Shown: piece after piece, positions 46,981 through 56,294 of the stretch
Layout of the letters: each line of letters begins with the position of its first letter
Numbering within the stretch: the first letter of the stretch is position 1
Origin: a virus
Strand: one strand, 5' to 3'
IMG/VR virus record: IMGVR_UViG_3300042922_000836
Location: 1-64,000 of that record
Length of the DNA: 64,000 nt
Translations under genes and position numbers: made by a program
The notes under the pieces: generated by a model
Databases searched by the model: none
The model's input: only the letters and a program-made list of their open reading frames with translations
Told to the model about the DNA's origin: nothing

Positions 46981-48501
46981 TTATTTAAATTTTACTTCAA
47001 CTGAAACATTATCACCTATTCTTGTATAAATAATTTTTTCAATAATTGATTTATAACATTTGTTTTTTTCTTCACCTGATAGACTATCATCATTTAATTT
47101 ATTCAAGGTATTAATTAAATTTTCATATTTTAATTCTAATGATTTTATATCTATTTTTTGTTTTTCGATTTGCAAACCTTTTAATTTAATGGTTAATTCT
47201 TCTGATTCATTTTCGTAGTTTTTTTTCTTTCCCATATATTGGTCAAAAGTATAACCACCATTATCATAAGCATATGATACTCTTTCTAATGTTTTTTTAA
47301 TTTGTTGTAAATTTTGATTTATATCAATAATTTGTTTATCGATATTTTTATTTAATGAATCAGTATTTCTATTTTTAAGTTTTTCTTGTATTTCTTCTTT
47401 ATAATTTAAAATGTTTTGATTTAAAATAGGATATATTTCTTTTGTTGCTAAACCACTGTTTGTACATTTTTCTCCCATATGACTTTTATGTTGACAAGTT
47501 TCTATATACTCAGAACCACCTCTAACTCCAATTGACATACCATAACCACATAATCCGCATTTTAATAATTTACTTAAAGGTTTTATGATAATGTATTCTC
47601 TTCTTGGAATACATTTCAATCTTTGTTTATGAAGCATAATTAAATCATGTTCCTCTTGTGTTTTTACTGCCTCATGACAATTTTCAATTACTAACCATTC
47701 ACTTTTAGGTAACTGTTTTACCCCAATTGAATCAGGTTTTCTTTTATGGTAATCTCCTTTTGTTTTATTGGATATGATTTTACCTAAATGAGTTTCATTA
47801 AATAATAATCTTCTAACAACTGTATTAGTCCAAAATTTCCCTTTAGGTGAGAGAATATGATTTTTATTTAATTCAATAGAAATTGTTTCTGGAGATTTAT
47901 TTTCCTTAATAAAAGAATCAATAATAAATCTATACACTTTTAATTTATCATCATTTATAACTAAACCTTTATGTTTATATCTATTTCCCCATTTTTCATA
48001 TTCATATGGATATGGTGGTGTACCATTAGTCCACATTCCTAATTTTGCACCTATTTTCTTTCCTTGAGATAATCTTTTTACTATTTGTTTATATTCTGAA
48101 CGTGCCATAAAACTTCTAAAATCAACTTGAAATTCATCATTATCAATGCTTAAATTATAAATTTGTTGTGGTGTTATAATAACAGTATCAGATTTAATAA
48201 AAGCTTTTTTAATTCTATCTTGATCGCCCATATCACCTCTACCTAAACGGTCAATATCAACTACTGCAACTGCATCAAAATCTTCTTCTTCAATATCTTT
48301 TAAAAGTCTTTGAAATACAGGTCGAGCATAAATACTATCACCTGAACCGATTTCAATGTATTCAACTGTTACATAACCTCTACCATCACATAGACTTTTT
48401 AATATAGTTCTGTGTTTTTCCAAATCTGTATCGATATCACCACGAGATTTTCTTAAATACATTGCTACATACTTAATAATTTTGTCTTCTTTTTTTTCCA
48501 T
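46981..48501 (-). CDS. large serine recombinase (integrase)
   Basis: YLRKSR (catalytic Ser), DRLGR, PYPY, recombinase domain, CxxC Zn ribbon and coiled coil. Confidence 0.95.
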   Translation of the reverse strand: MEKKEDKIIKYVAMYLRKSRGDIDTDLEKHRTILKSLCDGRGYVTVEYIEIGSGDSIYARPVFQRLLKDIEEEDFDAVAVVDIDRLGRGDMGDQDRIKKAFIKSDTVIITPQQIYNLSIDNDEFQVDFRSFMARSEYKQIVKRLSQGKKIGAKLGMWTNGTPPYPYEYEKWGNRYKHKGLVINDDKLKVYRFIIDSFIKENKSPETISIELNKNHILSPKGKFWTNTVVRRLLFNETHLGKIISNKTKGDYHKRKPDSIGVKQLPKSEWLVIENCHEAVKTQEEHDLIMLHKQRLKCIPRREYIIIKPLSKLLKCGLCGYGMSIGVRGGSEYIETCQHKSHMGEKCTNSGLATKEIYPILNQNILNYKEEIQEKLKNRNTDSLNKNIDKQIIDINQNLQQIKKTLERVSYAYDNGGYTFDQYMGKKKNYENESEELTIKLKGLQIEKQKIDIKSLELKYENLINTLNKLNDDSLSGEEKNKCYKSIIEKIIYTRIGDNVSVEVKFK

Positions 48502-48557
48502 AACTATTCACTCCATCCTCACATGTATATTGTATAATTATTATATAACATTTATTG

Positions 48558-48740
48558 TCATGTGTCAAGTAGTTTAGTTGATGTTTTTATTGTTATTTGA
48601 TATAAACAATCAGCAAGAGCCTCTAAACCCTTATCAGATGGGTGATTACTTTTATATGTAAAATTTAAAGATTTTCCTTTTGTGTAAATTACTTTCTGAA
48701 TAAACATTCCATTATTATCATTTTTCTCTATATTATCCAT
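48558..48740 (-). CDS. small protein, possible recombination directionality factor
   Basis: 60 aa directly upstream of the recombinase; function inferred from position only. Confidence 0.35.
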   Translation of the reverse strand: MDNIEKNDNNGMFIQKVIYTKGKSLNFTYKSNHPSDKGLEALADCLYQITIKTSTKLLDT

Positions 48741-48801
48741 TAATATTTCCTTTCAATAATCGAGGATGGACATTAAATCCACCCTCAATATGTATTCCTT
48801 T

Positions 48802-49302
48802 CTATTTACCGCTTGATCCTAACATTCCTGAACCACGTTTTGATTCGATTTTTAAAAGTTCCTCATAAGGTACTACATTAACTTTTACTTTAAATACAGG
48901 TAAAAATAAAGCCTGTGCTATTGCTTTTTCATATGGATAAATGATTCCACTTTCGGTAGGTATGTTACCCTTTTTATTAATTATTATAGGCATACTGTTA
49001 CCATTATATATAAGTACAAACCATTCACCTCTAAAACCACTATCAATTACACCAGCATTAACTTTCATATTCTTAATTCCTGTGCTACCTCTTTCTCTAA
49101 AAACAGCACAATAATCTTCTGTAAAAGCTGATGCTAAACCTGTGGGGATAAGCATTGAAGTGAGAGGATTAATTATCATACACCCCTCCTCAAAGCAAGG
49201 ATATATATCCCATCCGCCATTTTCATCCTCTTTAGATGGTACAATTGCATTTGGTTTTACTTGTGAAAAAGTTACATTTACTTCTATATTATTAATTAAC
49301 AT
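48802..49302 (-). CDS. dut: trimeric dUTPase
   Basis: GWDI, ERGS, GVIDSGFRGE, IAQ, RGSGMLGSSG. Confidence 0.93.
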   Translation of the reverse strand: MLINNIEVNVTFSQVKPNAIVPSKEDENGGWDIYPCFEEGCMIINPLTSMLIPTGLASAFTEDYCAVFRERGSTGIKNMKVNAGVIDSGFRGEWFVLIYNGNSMPIIINKKGNIPTESGIIYPYEKAIAQALFLPVFKVKVNVVPYEELLKIESKRGSGMLGSSGK

Positions 49303-49303
49303 A

Positions 49304-49591
49304 TTATTTTACTTCCTTTCTATTATCTATACCACGTATAGCTTGTGGAACACCATCATTTAAATTACAAGTTATTTTCACATCATTAGAAGTGTTAGAA
49401 TCTAATTTATTTATTGATGCTTTTGTATAAGTAACACCTGTTTCAATTGGATTTATATAGGGTAACGGAGTTGACCAAGGAAATATATTTGGCTTATCTT
49501 CTGTTTCCTCTATCCATTCTGTGGTAGTTTTTTTTATTAATTTTCCATCATTATTAAATTCTTCTATTGTTTCTTTAGTTATGTTTTTCAT
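49304..49591 (-). CDS. hypothetical protein
   Basis: ATG at 49591 after an AAAGGA SD. Confidence 0.55.
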   Translation of the reverse strand: MKNITKETIEEFNNDGKLIKKTTTEWIEETEDKPNIFPWSTPLPYINPIETGVTYTKASINKLDSNTSNDVKITCNLNDGVPQAIRGIDNRKEVK

Positions 49592-50525
49592 TATTTGTTT
49601 CCTTTTCTTTTTTATTTTTATCGTGAAGTTCACGTAATTTTTTTATTATATAATCATAATCATAATGAGGTATTACACAGTCAGTACAGTCTTTCCATCC
49701 GTTGGAGAGAACTTTATAGTTCCCTCCACAGTCATCGTAACAGGATAAAGGACAAAAACAAAACAAGCATGAAAAAGTAGATTCTTGATTCTTTGATATT
49801 TTATGACATGGATATGCTTCACACCAAATATTCTGGAAAAACCTATAAGATCCTTCGTTTATTTTATAATATGTATAAAATTTAACCTTTTTTCTTAACA
49901 TACAAAAGGGTTCATTGTTATATAAATACTTGAATATTTTAAATGCTTGTGCATTTCCATGTATATCTAAAGTAAATATTTTATTAATTTGTCTTACATT
50001 TCCTTGATTACATTTACATTCATTTGTAAAAATAAAATTGATTTTTTCTAAAATGTCTTTTGTACCTAAAATATTTATTTGTAGTTGTTTGTTTTCGTCT
50101 ACATAAATACATCCGTCACCATCAATATAACCTCGTATAAAATCAGATTGATATTGTTTTGGCAGAACAGATTCATTTGGAAATATAAGAGAAAACGTTT
50201 TTTTAGGAATACAACCCAAATCAATTAAATTTTTAGCAAACTCTGTATTATTAATTACAAGTCTATAATTTAAGTATTTATTTTTAATATATTTTGGAAC
50301 TAATGGAGCATTAGAATTTATATCTAATTTAAATTGTTCTAAAATATATTTGTCTTTCCCTTGTAAACAAAACTCTAATTTTATCGCACGAACATTTCCG
50401 TTATGGTAACGAACTGAAACGTTACCATCAGCACATAAAAAACCTAACCAATATGCTTTTTGTCTATTATCTATTGTTTTAAAATAATCGACATTTACAT
50501 TATATTTTTTATATTTTTCTTTCAT
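49575..50525 (-). CDS. LAGLIDADG homing endonuclease fused to a Cys-rich small (zf-like) domain
   Basis: YWLGFLCADG and FIRGYIDGDG; C-terminal FFQN..CE.YPCH...CLFCFCPL...KDCTDCVIPH; ATG overlaps the nrdJ stop. Confidence 0.8.
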   Translation of the reverse strand: MKEKYKKYNVNVDYFKTIDNRQKAYWLGFLCADGNVSVRYHNGNVRAIKLEFCLQGKDKYILEQFKLDINSNAPLVPKYIKNKYLNYRLVINNTEFAKNLIDLGCIPKKTFSLIFPNESVLPKQYQSDFIRGYIDGDGCIYVDENKQLQINILGTKDILEKINFIFTNECKCNQGNVRQINKIFTLDIHGNAQAFKIFKYLYNNEPFCMLRKKVKFYTYYKINEGSYRFFQNIWCEAYPCHKISKNQESTFSCLFCFCPLSCYDDCGGNYKVLSNGWKDCTDCVIPHYDYDYIIKKLRELHDKNKKEKETNNEKHN

Positions 50526-52774
50526 TAATTGCATCGACTCCAGCCACAGTCTAAACAAGCAATACATCCGTTTTCATGTTTTATTTTACTTCCACATTCA
50601 GGACATTTGTTATCGTCTGATGCTACTTTTTTGATTACGGTTTGTTCTGTTTCAACTGACTTGACTTCAGTAACTTCAAGATTATCATTCACAAATTCTT
50701 TGATTGTTCTTGAGATTATATCTGCACATGATAACCCATCTATCTGATCTCCTTTTGTCTTTGCCTTGCCACAAGCTGGACAGTTTATACCACGCAACTG
50801 GTCTGCAATTTCATCAATTACAACACCTGACCGTAATGCCAATGAAATCATTCTGTTAACCGCACCAATATTGGCTTGACAAATTCCACCCTTGGATGTA
50901 TTTACAAAACTTTCTACTATATTACCTTTATCATCTTTATTTATTGTCAAATATAGAGTACCACAAGCACACTTTTTACAATATGTATTTCCATGTGTTG
51001 TACCAATTTCCTTGCGTGAAACAGGTGTGATTGAGTTATATTTTATACCTTTATCTTCTACCTTTTCTTCGGCTTTAGGTGTTGTAGATGTTGTTAAAAT
51101 ACCTAACCGTTTGCAACCATCTCTGAAAATTGTAATACCTTTTAAACCTTTTTCCCAAGCATAAAGATATAATTGTTCAACATCTTCTATGGGAGTTGCC
51201 ATAGGTAAATTTACTGTAGAGCTGATTGCTGTATCGACATGATTTTGCATAACAGCTTGTACATCAACTCTGTCTTTCCAATTAATATCTGCCGATGAAA
51301 TGAAATAATCAGGACAATCTTTATTACCTGTTACAGCTTGATATTCATTTACAGCTTTGCAATATACATCATAAAATTTTACTTCACCACCGTTTAAACT
51401 TTCGGTTTTACGAGTATATTTAATTGCATATTCAGGTTCGCATCCACCTGTAACACCGAGCATTGTACCAATTGAACCTGTAGGTGCAATTGAAATTAAA
51501 GAACAATTTCTTAAACCATTTTCTCTTAATTTATCAATTTCATCTTCTGTAAAATGTACTTTTATAATTGTACTATTAAATAAAACATCTTTGTATTTAG
51601 GGAAAGAACCCTTTTCTTTTGCTAATTTATTACTTGCAAGAATAGCAGTTACAAATAATGTATTGAATATTTCATCAGCGAATATCTTTGACTTGTCAGA
51701 ACCGTATTTAATACCAAGTTTCATAAGTGCTGTACCAAATCCCATTGTACCAAGTCCAATATTTCTATATTTAATTGAATTCTCACTCTGCTCTTTTAAT
51801 GCATGATTATTTTTATTTTCGTCTATGATTGTATCTAATGCTCTAACAGCAGTTGCGATTGCTTTCATAAACTCATAATTATCAAAGGAAGAATTTTGTG
51901 TATAAGGATCAATAATAAACTCTGCCAAATTCAATGAACCTAAATTACAACAGAAATCTTTCGGCAACGGTTGTTCCCCGCAAGGATTACTTGTAGCTAT
52001 TTCATATTCATTATCAAATTCCATCAGGTTATAATTTCTAAATCTGTTAGTAAACAAACAAGCGGGATCTCCCCAATCATAACAATTTTCTACTAACAAT
52101 TTATATAACTTAATCGGAATAATATCATATTCAACATCATGACCATTGTAATTTTTTACTTCATGTAAAACAACTTGTTCACCTGTTAAATAAAATTGTT
52201 GAACTGCTTTCATGAATTCATCATCAATTTCAAGAGAAAGATTTGCCTTACTTATCTTGCTATCTCCCGCCTTAATTTTGATAAATTCTTCTGCCTCTTT
52301 ATGTCTTATATCAAGTGAAACCATCAAAGCACCTTTGCGTGAACCACCCTGAGATATTACAGAAGTTGTCTGATTAAATAATTCAAGAAAAGGAATTATA
52401 CCATCACTTGAATACCTGTTACCTATCGGAGTTCCCTTTGGTCTTACCTTTGTTAATGATAAACCTTGTCCACCCTGTGACTTATATGTAAGAGCAAGAT
52501 TTGTGTTTAATTCCATTATTCCTGTAAGTTCATCAGGACAATAACCTGAACTATAGCAGTTAAACATACTACCTTTTGAATTTGTATTTCTATTCGATAA
52601 GGCTCTGCCACCAAAGAGAAATTTTCTATTTTTTATTAAGTTTTTTAAATCATTATCTCTCCCTGATACTCTATCGAGCCATTCATCGAAACTCTCATTA
52701 TTGTATCGATATTTCTTCTCCCAAATATCAATTCCTAAAAAATTATCTTTTCCTAACCATTCTTGTACTGTCAT
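50525..52774 (-). CDS. nrdJ: class II (B12-dependent) ribonucleotide reductase
   Basis: SNPCGEQPL, CNLGS, IAPTGS, ISSTVN, KGITIFRDG; C-terminal TSCPD-like domain and Zn ribbon. Confidence 0.93.
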   Translation of the reverse strand: MTVQEWLGKDNFLGIDIWEKKYRYNNESFDEWLDRVSGRDNDLKNLIKNRKFLFGGRALSNRNTNSKGSMFNCYSSGYCPDELTGIMELNTNLALTYKSQGGQGLSLTKVRPKGTPIGNRYSSDGIIPFLELFNQTTSVISQGGSRKGALMVSLDIRHKEAEEFIKIKAGDSKISKANLSLEIDDEFMKAVQQFYLTGEQVVLHEVKNYNGHDVEYDIIPIKLYKLLVENCYDWGDPACLFTNRFRNYNLMEFDNEYEIATSNPCGEQPLPKDFCCNLGSLNLAEFIIDPYTQNSSFDNYEFMKAIATAVRALDTIIDENKNNHALKEQSENSIKYRNIGLGTMGFGTALMKLGIKYGSDKSKIFADEIFNTLFVTAILASNKLAKEKGSFPKYKDVLFNSTIIKVHFTEDEIDKLRENGLRNCSLISIAPTGSIGTMLGVTGGCEPEYAIKYTRKTESLNGGEVKFYDVYCKAVNEYQAVTGNKDCPDYFISSADINWKDRVDVQAVMQNHVDTAISSTVNLPMATPIEDVEQLYLYAWEKGLKGITIFRDGCKRLGILTTSTTPKAEEKVEDKGIKYNSITPVSRKEIGTTHGNTYCKKCACGTLYLTINKDDKGNIVESFVNTSKGGICQANIGAVNRMISLALRSGVVIDEIADQLRGINCPACGKAKTKGDQIDGLSCADIISRTIKEFVNDNLEVTEVKSVETEQTVIKKVASDDNKCPECGSKIKHENGCIACLDCGWSRCN

Positions 52775-52821
52775 TGTTTTCTCCTTTGTTTTGTTAATTT
52801 TTATTTTTTATGTCAACAATG

Positions 52822-53403
52822 CTACATTACTTTCAGCATTGTAAACTTGCAATTAAGACCTTTTTGCCATACCATGTGACAATATTCTATCGAGTCTGTG
52901 CTACCGTCTTCAGTAAAACTTATCCTTTTGTGATGAACATATATATACTTAGGTAAACATTCATTGAAGAAAGGAAACCTATCTTTACTGCCAAGAAAAT
53001 TTAAACGCAATAACATTATTACGAAACCATTGTCGGCTACATCATCCAAAGCTTTTTTAATAATTGGAAGTGCCAAATTAAAAGGCGGGTTTGTAATTAT
53101 GATATTAGGTTTTTCTTTTATCTCATATGTAAGGTAATCGGCTTTTGTTTCTGCTAAACTATCCTGTCTTATATCCAATGTTTTCATTGAAACATCATCA
53201 TATATTTTTTTAATAGCTGTTGGATAAGACATAGGATGTTTTGTATCACCACCCGCACAAGGATCTAAAATAAGTGGTTGATGTTTAAAAATAGATTCTG
53301 ATTTTTCAAACTCATTTAAAAAATTTTCTATTATATTCATCGGAGTTATATAATAATCAGCTATATGCTGATTTCTTGCGTTTGACCTATTTGTTGATGA
53401 TAT
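52822..53403 (-). CDS. N6-adenine DNA methyltransferase
   Basis: LDPCAG and NPPF motifs; frame extends to ATA at 53403 (SSTNR...DYYITP) after GAAAGGAAG. Confidence 0.8.
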   Translation of the reverse strand: MSSTNRSNARNQHIADYYITPMNIIENFLNEFEKSESIFKHQPLILDPCAGGDTKHPMSYPTAIKKIYDDVSMKTLDIRQDSLAETKADYLTYEIKEKPNIIITNPPFNLALPIIKKALDDVADNGFVIMLLRLNFLGSKDRFPFFNECLPKYIYVHHKRISFTEDGSTDSIEYCHMVWQKGLNCKFTMLKVM

Positions 53404-53404
53404 A

Positions 53405-53773
53405 TTATTTACTTCCTTTCATTGACCAAAATGTAATCATATTTGCAAATGATTTAGTTGGTGTTTCTTCTACTTCATTAAAATTTATAATATACAAAGG
53501 TTTCTTATAAGCAAATGCCATACCTAAATCAAATAAAGAACCTTGGCTATTTTTATCCCAAAAGATATAAACTTCATCTGCGTTTTCAATAGCTTTTCTA
53601 TTATCTTCACAAATTCTGTAACCGATTAGATCAGTTTGATTTGTATCTTTATCAGGATAATAAACTTTATTTCCATGTTCTTCTAATAAAGATATGAAAG
53701 ATTTTATTGCATTTTTTTGTTCTTCCGTTGCGTTTCTAACAGGACAAATTATAAAGATATTTATTTTATTCAC
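53405..53773 (-). CDS. nucleoside 2-deoxyribosyltransferase-like (flavodoxin-fold) protein
   Basis: IFIICPV...VYYP...AIENAD...SQGSLFDLGMAFAYKKP. Confidence 0.65.
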   Translation of the reverse strand: MNKINIFIICPVRNATEEQKNAIKSFISLLEEHGNKVYYPDKDTNQTDLIGYRICEDNRKAIENADEVYIFWDKNSQGSLFDLGMAFAYKKPLYIINFNEVEETPTKSFANMITFWSMKGSK

Positions 53774-53778
53774 CTCTT

Positions 53779-54006
53779 TTAATCATATGTTTTGTATGGT
53801 TCACTTTCCCACTCACACTTGCATTTTTCACACTTATAACAGTCAATCTGCATAAATCCTTTAATTAAATCAACCCATTGTTTACAGAACAGTGTAGGAT
53901 GTTTTAATGGTGTTCCACAATTAGGGCATTTATTACATCCTATATTTGCTATTTCTTTAACAATTTTAGCTTTATTTACTTGTTTTATCGATTTTGTTAT
54001 TTTCAA
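53779..54006 (-). CDS. Zn-ribbon protein
   Basis: MKITKS...CNKCPNC...DCYKCEKC..EWESEPY. Confidence 0.6.
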   Translation of the reverse strand: MKITKSIKQVNKAKIVKEIANIGCNKCPNCGTPLKHPTLFCKQWVDLIKGFMQIDCYKCEKCKCEWESEPYKTYD

Positions 54007-54020
54007 TTATTGCACCTCTT

Positions 54021-54254
54021 TCAATAATACGATTTATACGGTTTACTTTGCCATTCAGTATCACAATTTCTACAACTATAACAATCGATTTCCAAAAAAC
54101 CTCTAATAAATGAAAATACCGTTTTAGTATGCATGGGATATAAATAATTTTCATTTTTTGTATTACACTCAGGGCATTTATCACAGTATTCATTTGCTGT
54201 TTTTCTTTTTATTTTTAATAAAGTAATTTTTCTACCGCTTTTTGTTATTTTCAA
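54021..54254 (-). CDS. Zn-ribbon protein, paralogue of 53779-54006
   Basis: MKITKS...CDKCPEC...DCYSCRNC..EWQSKPY. Confidence 0.6.
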   Translation of the reverse strand: MKITKSGRKITLLKIKRKTANEYCDKCPECNTKNENYLYPMHTKTVFSFIRGFLEIDCYSCRNCDTEWQSKPYKSYY

Positions 54255-54269
54255 ATATAATTTTCCTTT

Positions 54270-54824
54270 CTAATTGTAAGCTACTGTATATTTTTTCATT
54301 GACCAAATACAAGACTTATATTCAAATTGTTGCAACATTTGTACTCCATTTGAAGTAAAATAAAGTCTTATGAATTCACAAGATGGATCTAATAAGCTTT
54401 CAGCAATGATTATTTCTATCTCTTTATAATTAATTTTATAATCAATATCAGTCATATGGTGATAATTAAAACCATTACATCCATTAAAATATAATGCATT
54501 AAATTCATCAATAGCAACATCACACGTAAGAGTTATCTCACACATTGTTTTATAACTTATTAAATTCGGATTATGAGATTTATTTTCGTTATTATCATCA
54601 AATGCTTTAAAAATTTCAATATATTTATTTTCTATTTCAGCTTCATGTTTTTGGATATATTCATGAATTGGATCGTATGGAAAAGCTAACTTGTAAAGAT
54701 TTTCTTTGATTTCTTTATTTTTTTGTTTCCAGAACTTGTATAGCCTTTCACATTCATTCTTTATATCTGCAACTAAAGCACTCCTATTTATATCACTCAT
54801 ATTCTTGCACTCATCCATCCGCAT
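54270..54824 (-). CDS. hypothetical protein
   Basis: 184-aa ORF in a - strand operon. Confidence 0.55.
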   Translation of the reverse strand: MRMDECKNMSDINRSALVADIKNECERLYKFWKQKNKEIKENLYKLAFPYDPIHEYIQKHEAEIENKYIEIFKAFDDNNENKSHNPNLISYKTMCEITLTCDVAIDEFNALYFNGCNGFNYHHMTDIDYKINYKEIEIIIAESLLDPSCEFIRLYFTSNGVQMLQQFEYKSCIWSMKKYTVAYN

Positions 54825-55135
54825 TGTCTACAAACATAAGCACTAAAATATAGATCAAATTCAGCAATTCTTTCACACTCTGGACATGATATTAAATTTT
54901 CTCTTATTTTTTTAGTAGTTTGAAATCCGATTGTAGTTATTATTTTATTATCCCTATTGTTTGTCATTTTTTCTAAACGCAGAAAATTTTCAAATATAAA
55001 AACAGTTACATCATCAGGAGTTACATTAGTTACAACACCGACAACATTATCATTTAACATAAAAGGTTGATTTATATCATCGTTTGTCATTGCATATTCA
55101 TTTTTAATTTTGATAGTCATGATATATCCTTTCAA
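54797..55135 (-). CDS. hypothetical protein with C-terminal Zn ribbon
   Basis: CPEC...CRQCGW. Confidence 0.55.
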   Translation of the reverse strand: MKGYIMTIKIKNEYAMTNDDINQPFMLNDNVVGVVTNVTPDDVTVFIFENFLRLEKMTNNRDNKIITTIGFQTTKKIRENLISCPECERIAEFDLYFSAYVCRQCGWMSARI

Positions 55136-55507
55136 TTATCTTCGTTGATTATTCCATTCTTCAACTTTATCAAATACACTAAGCCAATCAGCAACCAAAT
55201 GCCTGTGGCAAAAATCAGATGGTTTTTCATAACATAAAAGAACCACATCAAAACCACCAGACATTATCTTTAATTCTTTTAATACCGATTGTCTATCAAG
55301 AACATCCAATACTTCTTTATTAAAATGCTCTATGTAAAAATTGTTATCGTGATTTTTCTTCCATTCCATAAAGAAATCATATTTGGGAGCAAGTTTTTTA
55401 TATTGTAAACCTTTATAATTATCAGGTGTTTTACCACAGATGGAGATAGGCACAATATCAGATGGAATTGATTTAAGCTTTGCAAAGTAACTTGTATATA
55501 TTCTCAT
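55136..55507 (-). CDS. DUF488-like protein
   Basis: IYTSYFA...LAP...LLCYEKPSDFCHRHLVADW. Confidence 0.75.
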   Translation of the reverse strand: MRIYTSYFAKLKSIPSDIVPISICGKTPDNYKGLQYKKLAPKYDFFMEWKKNHDNNFYIEHFNKEVLDVLDRQSVLKELKIMSGGFDVVLLCYEKPSDFCHRHLVADWLSVFDKVEEWNNQRR

Positions 55508-55521
55508 AAATATTATTTAAC

Positions 55522-55749
55522 TCAATCAAAATGATTTTCGATTTTTAAAAATCGCAAACATTTAATATCAAGAGATATAAAGTTTATATTTGTGAATTTT
55601 GCTAAAGCATCACTTTTTATTGTTAAATCATATAATGTTTCAGAATATTTACATACATCTTTTTTAGCACAATTATCACATAATGTTGATCTCTTTGGTA
55701 ATTCAACTCCAGCTATTAGAGTTCCCCATGATTTAGTATCATTGTTCAT
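55522..55749 (-). CDS. small Cys-rich hypothetical protein
   Basis: CDNC...VCKY; GAGG SD. Confidence 0.5.
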   Translation of the reverse strand: MNNDTKSWGTLIAGVELPKRSTLCDNCAKKDVCKYSETLYDLTIKSDALAKFTNINFISLDIKCLRFLKIENHFD

Positions 55750-55770
55750 TTATTCAACCTCTTTCTTCTA

Positions 55771-55977
55771 TTAATTTTTTTCATAAGCATGATAACCATT
55801 ACCCATATTCATGATTGATATTGGTATAGATGATTGTCCGTCTATTTTAATTCTGCAATAACTGAAATCAACTACACCATTCGTAGCTGATGCTGTTATT
55901 TCATTGCCAGTTTCATCGAGAAGTATTATGTTAATTTCCTGACCGTCTTGTAAATCGGTTATTTTAAGTTGTTTCAT
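55771..55977 (-). CDS. hypothetical protein
   Basis: 68-aa ORF co-oriented with its operon. Confidence 0.45.
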   Translation of the reverse strand: MKQLKITDLQDGQEINIILLDETGNEITASATNGVVDFSYCRIKIDGQSSIPISIMNMGNGYHAYEKN

Positions 55978-56294
55978 AAACTAAATAAACGAAATAAATT
56001 AAAATTTAATAAAACAAAATTTAATAAAGCTAATAAAATCATAATTATAAAAAAATATTTTTTTTGTTTTATAAAACTTATTGCTCCTGAAATACTAAAA
56101 TATAAGCCTAATATATTACACCCTATTAAAATAATAATTAATATCATTTTCTACTCTCCTTATCTTAATTACATATAAAATCTTTATGATATTTTAATTC
56201 TGCTTGTTCTCTTACTTTAACAGCTTGTTCAATGTTTTACCGACAATATTGAGTAGTTAAATATCCATAATTTTCATTTACAATTACAGCCATT

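Noticed and set aside
46500-46981. Prophage boundary with host DNA
   Set aside because: Phage genes continue on both sides and both att arms are present, so this is attP rather than attL or attR.
44533-48740. Arbitrium (aimR/aimP) system expected in SPbeta-like phages
   Set aside because: No TPR/HTH receptor or signal-peptide pro-peptide is recognisable in this window.
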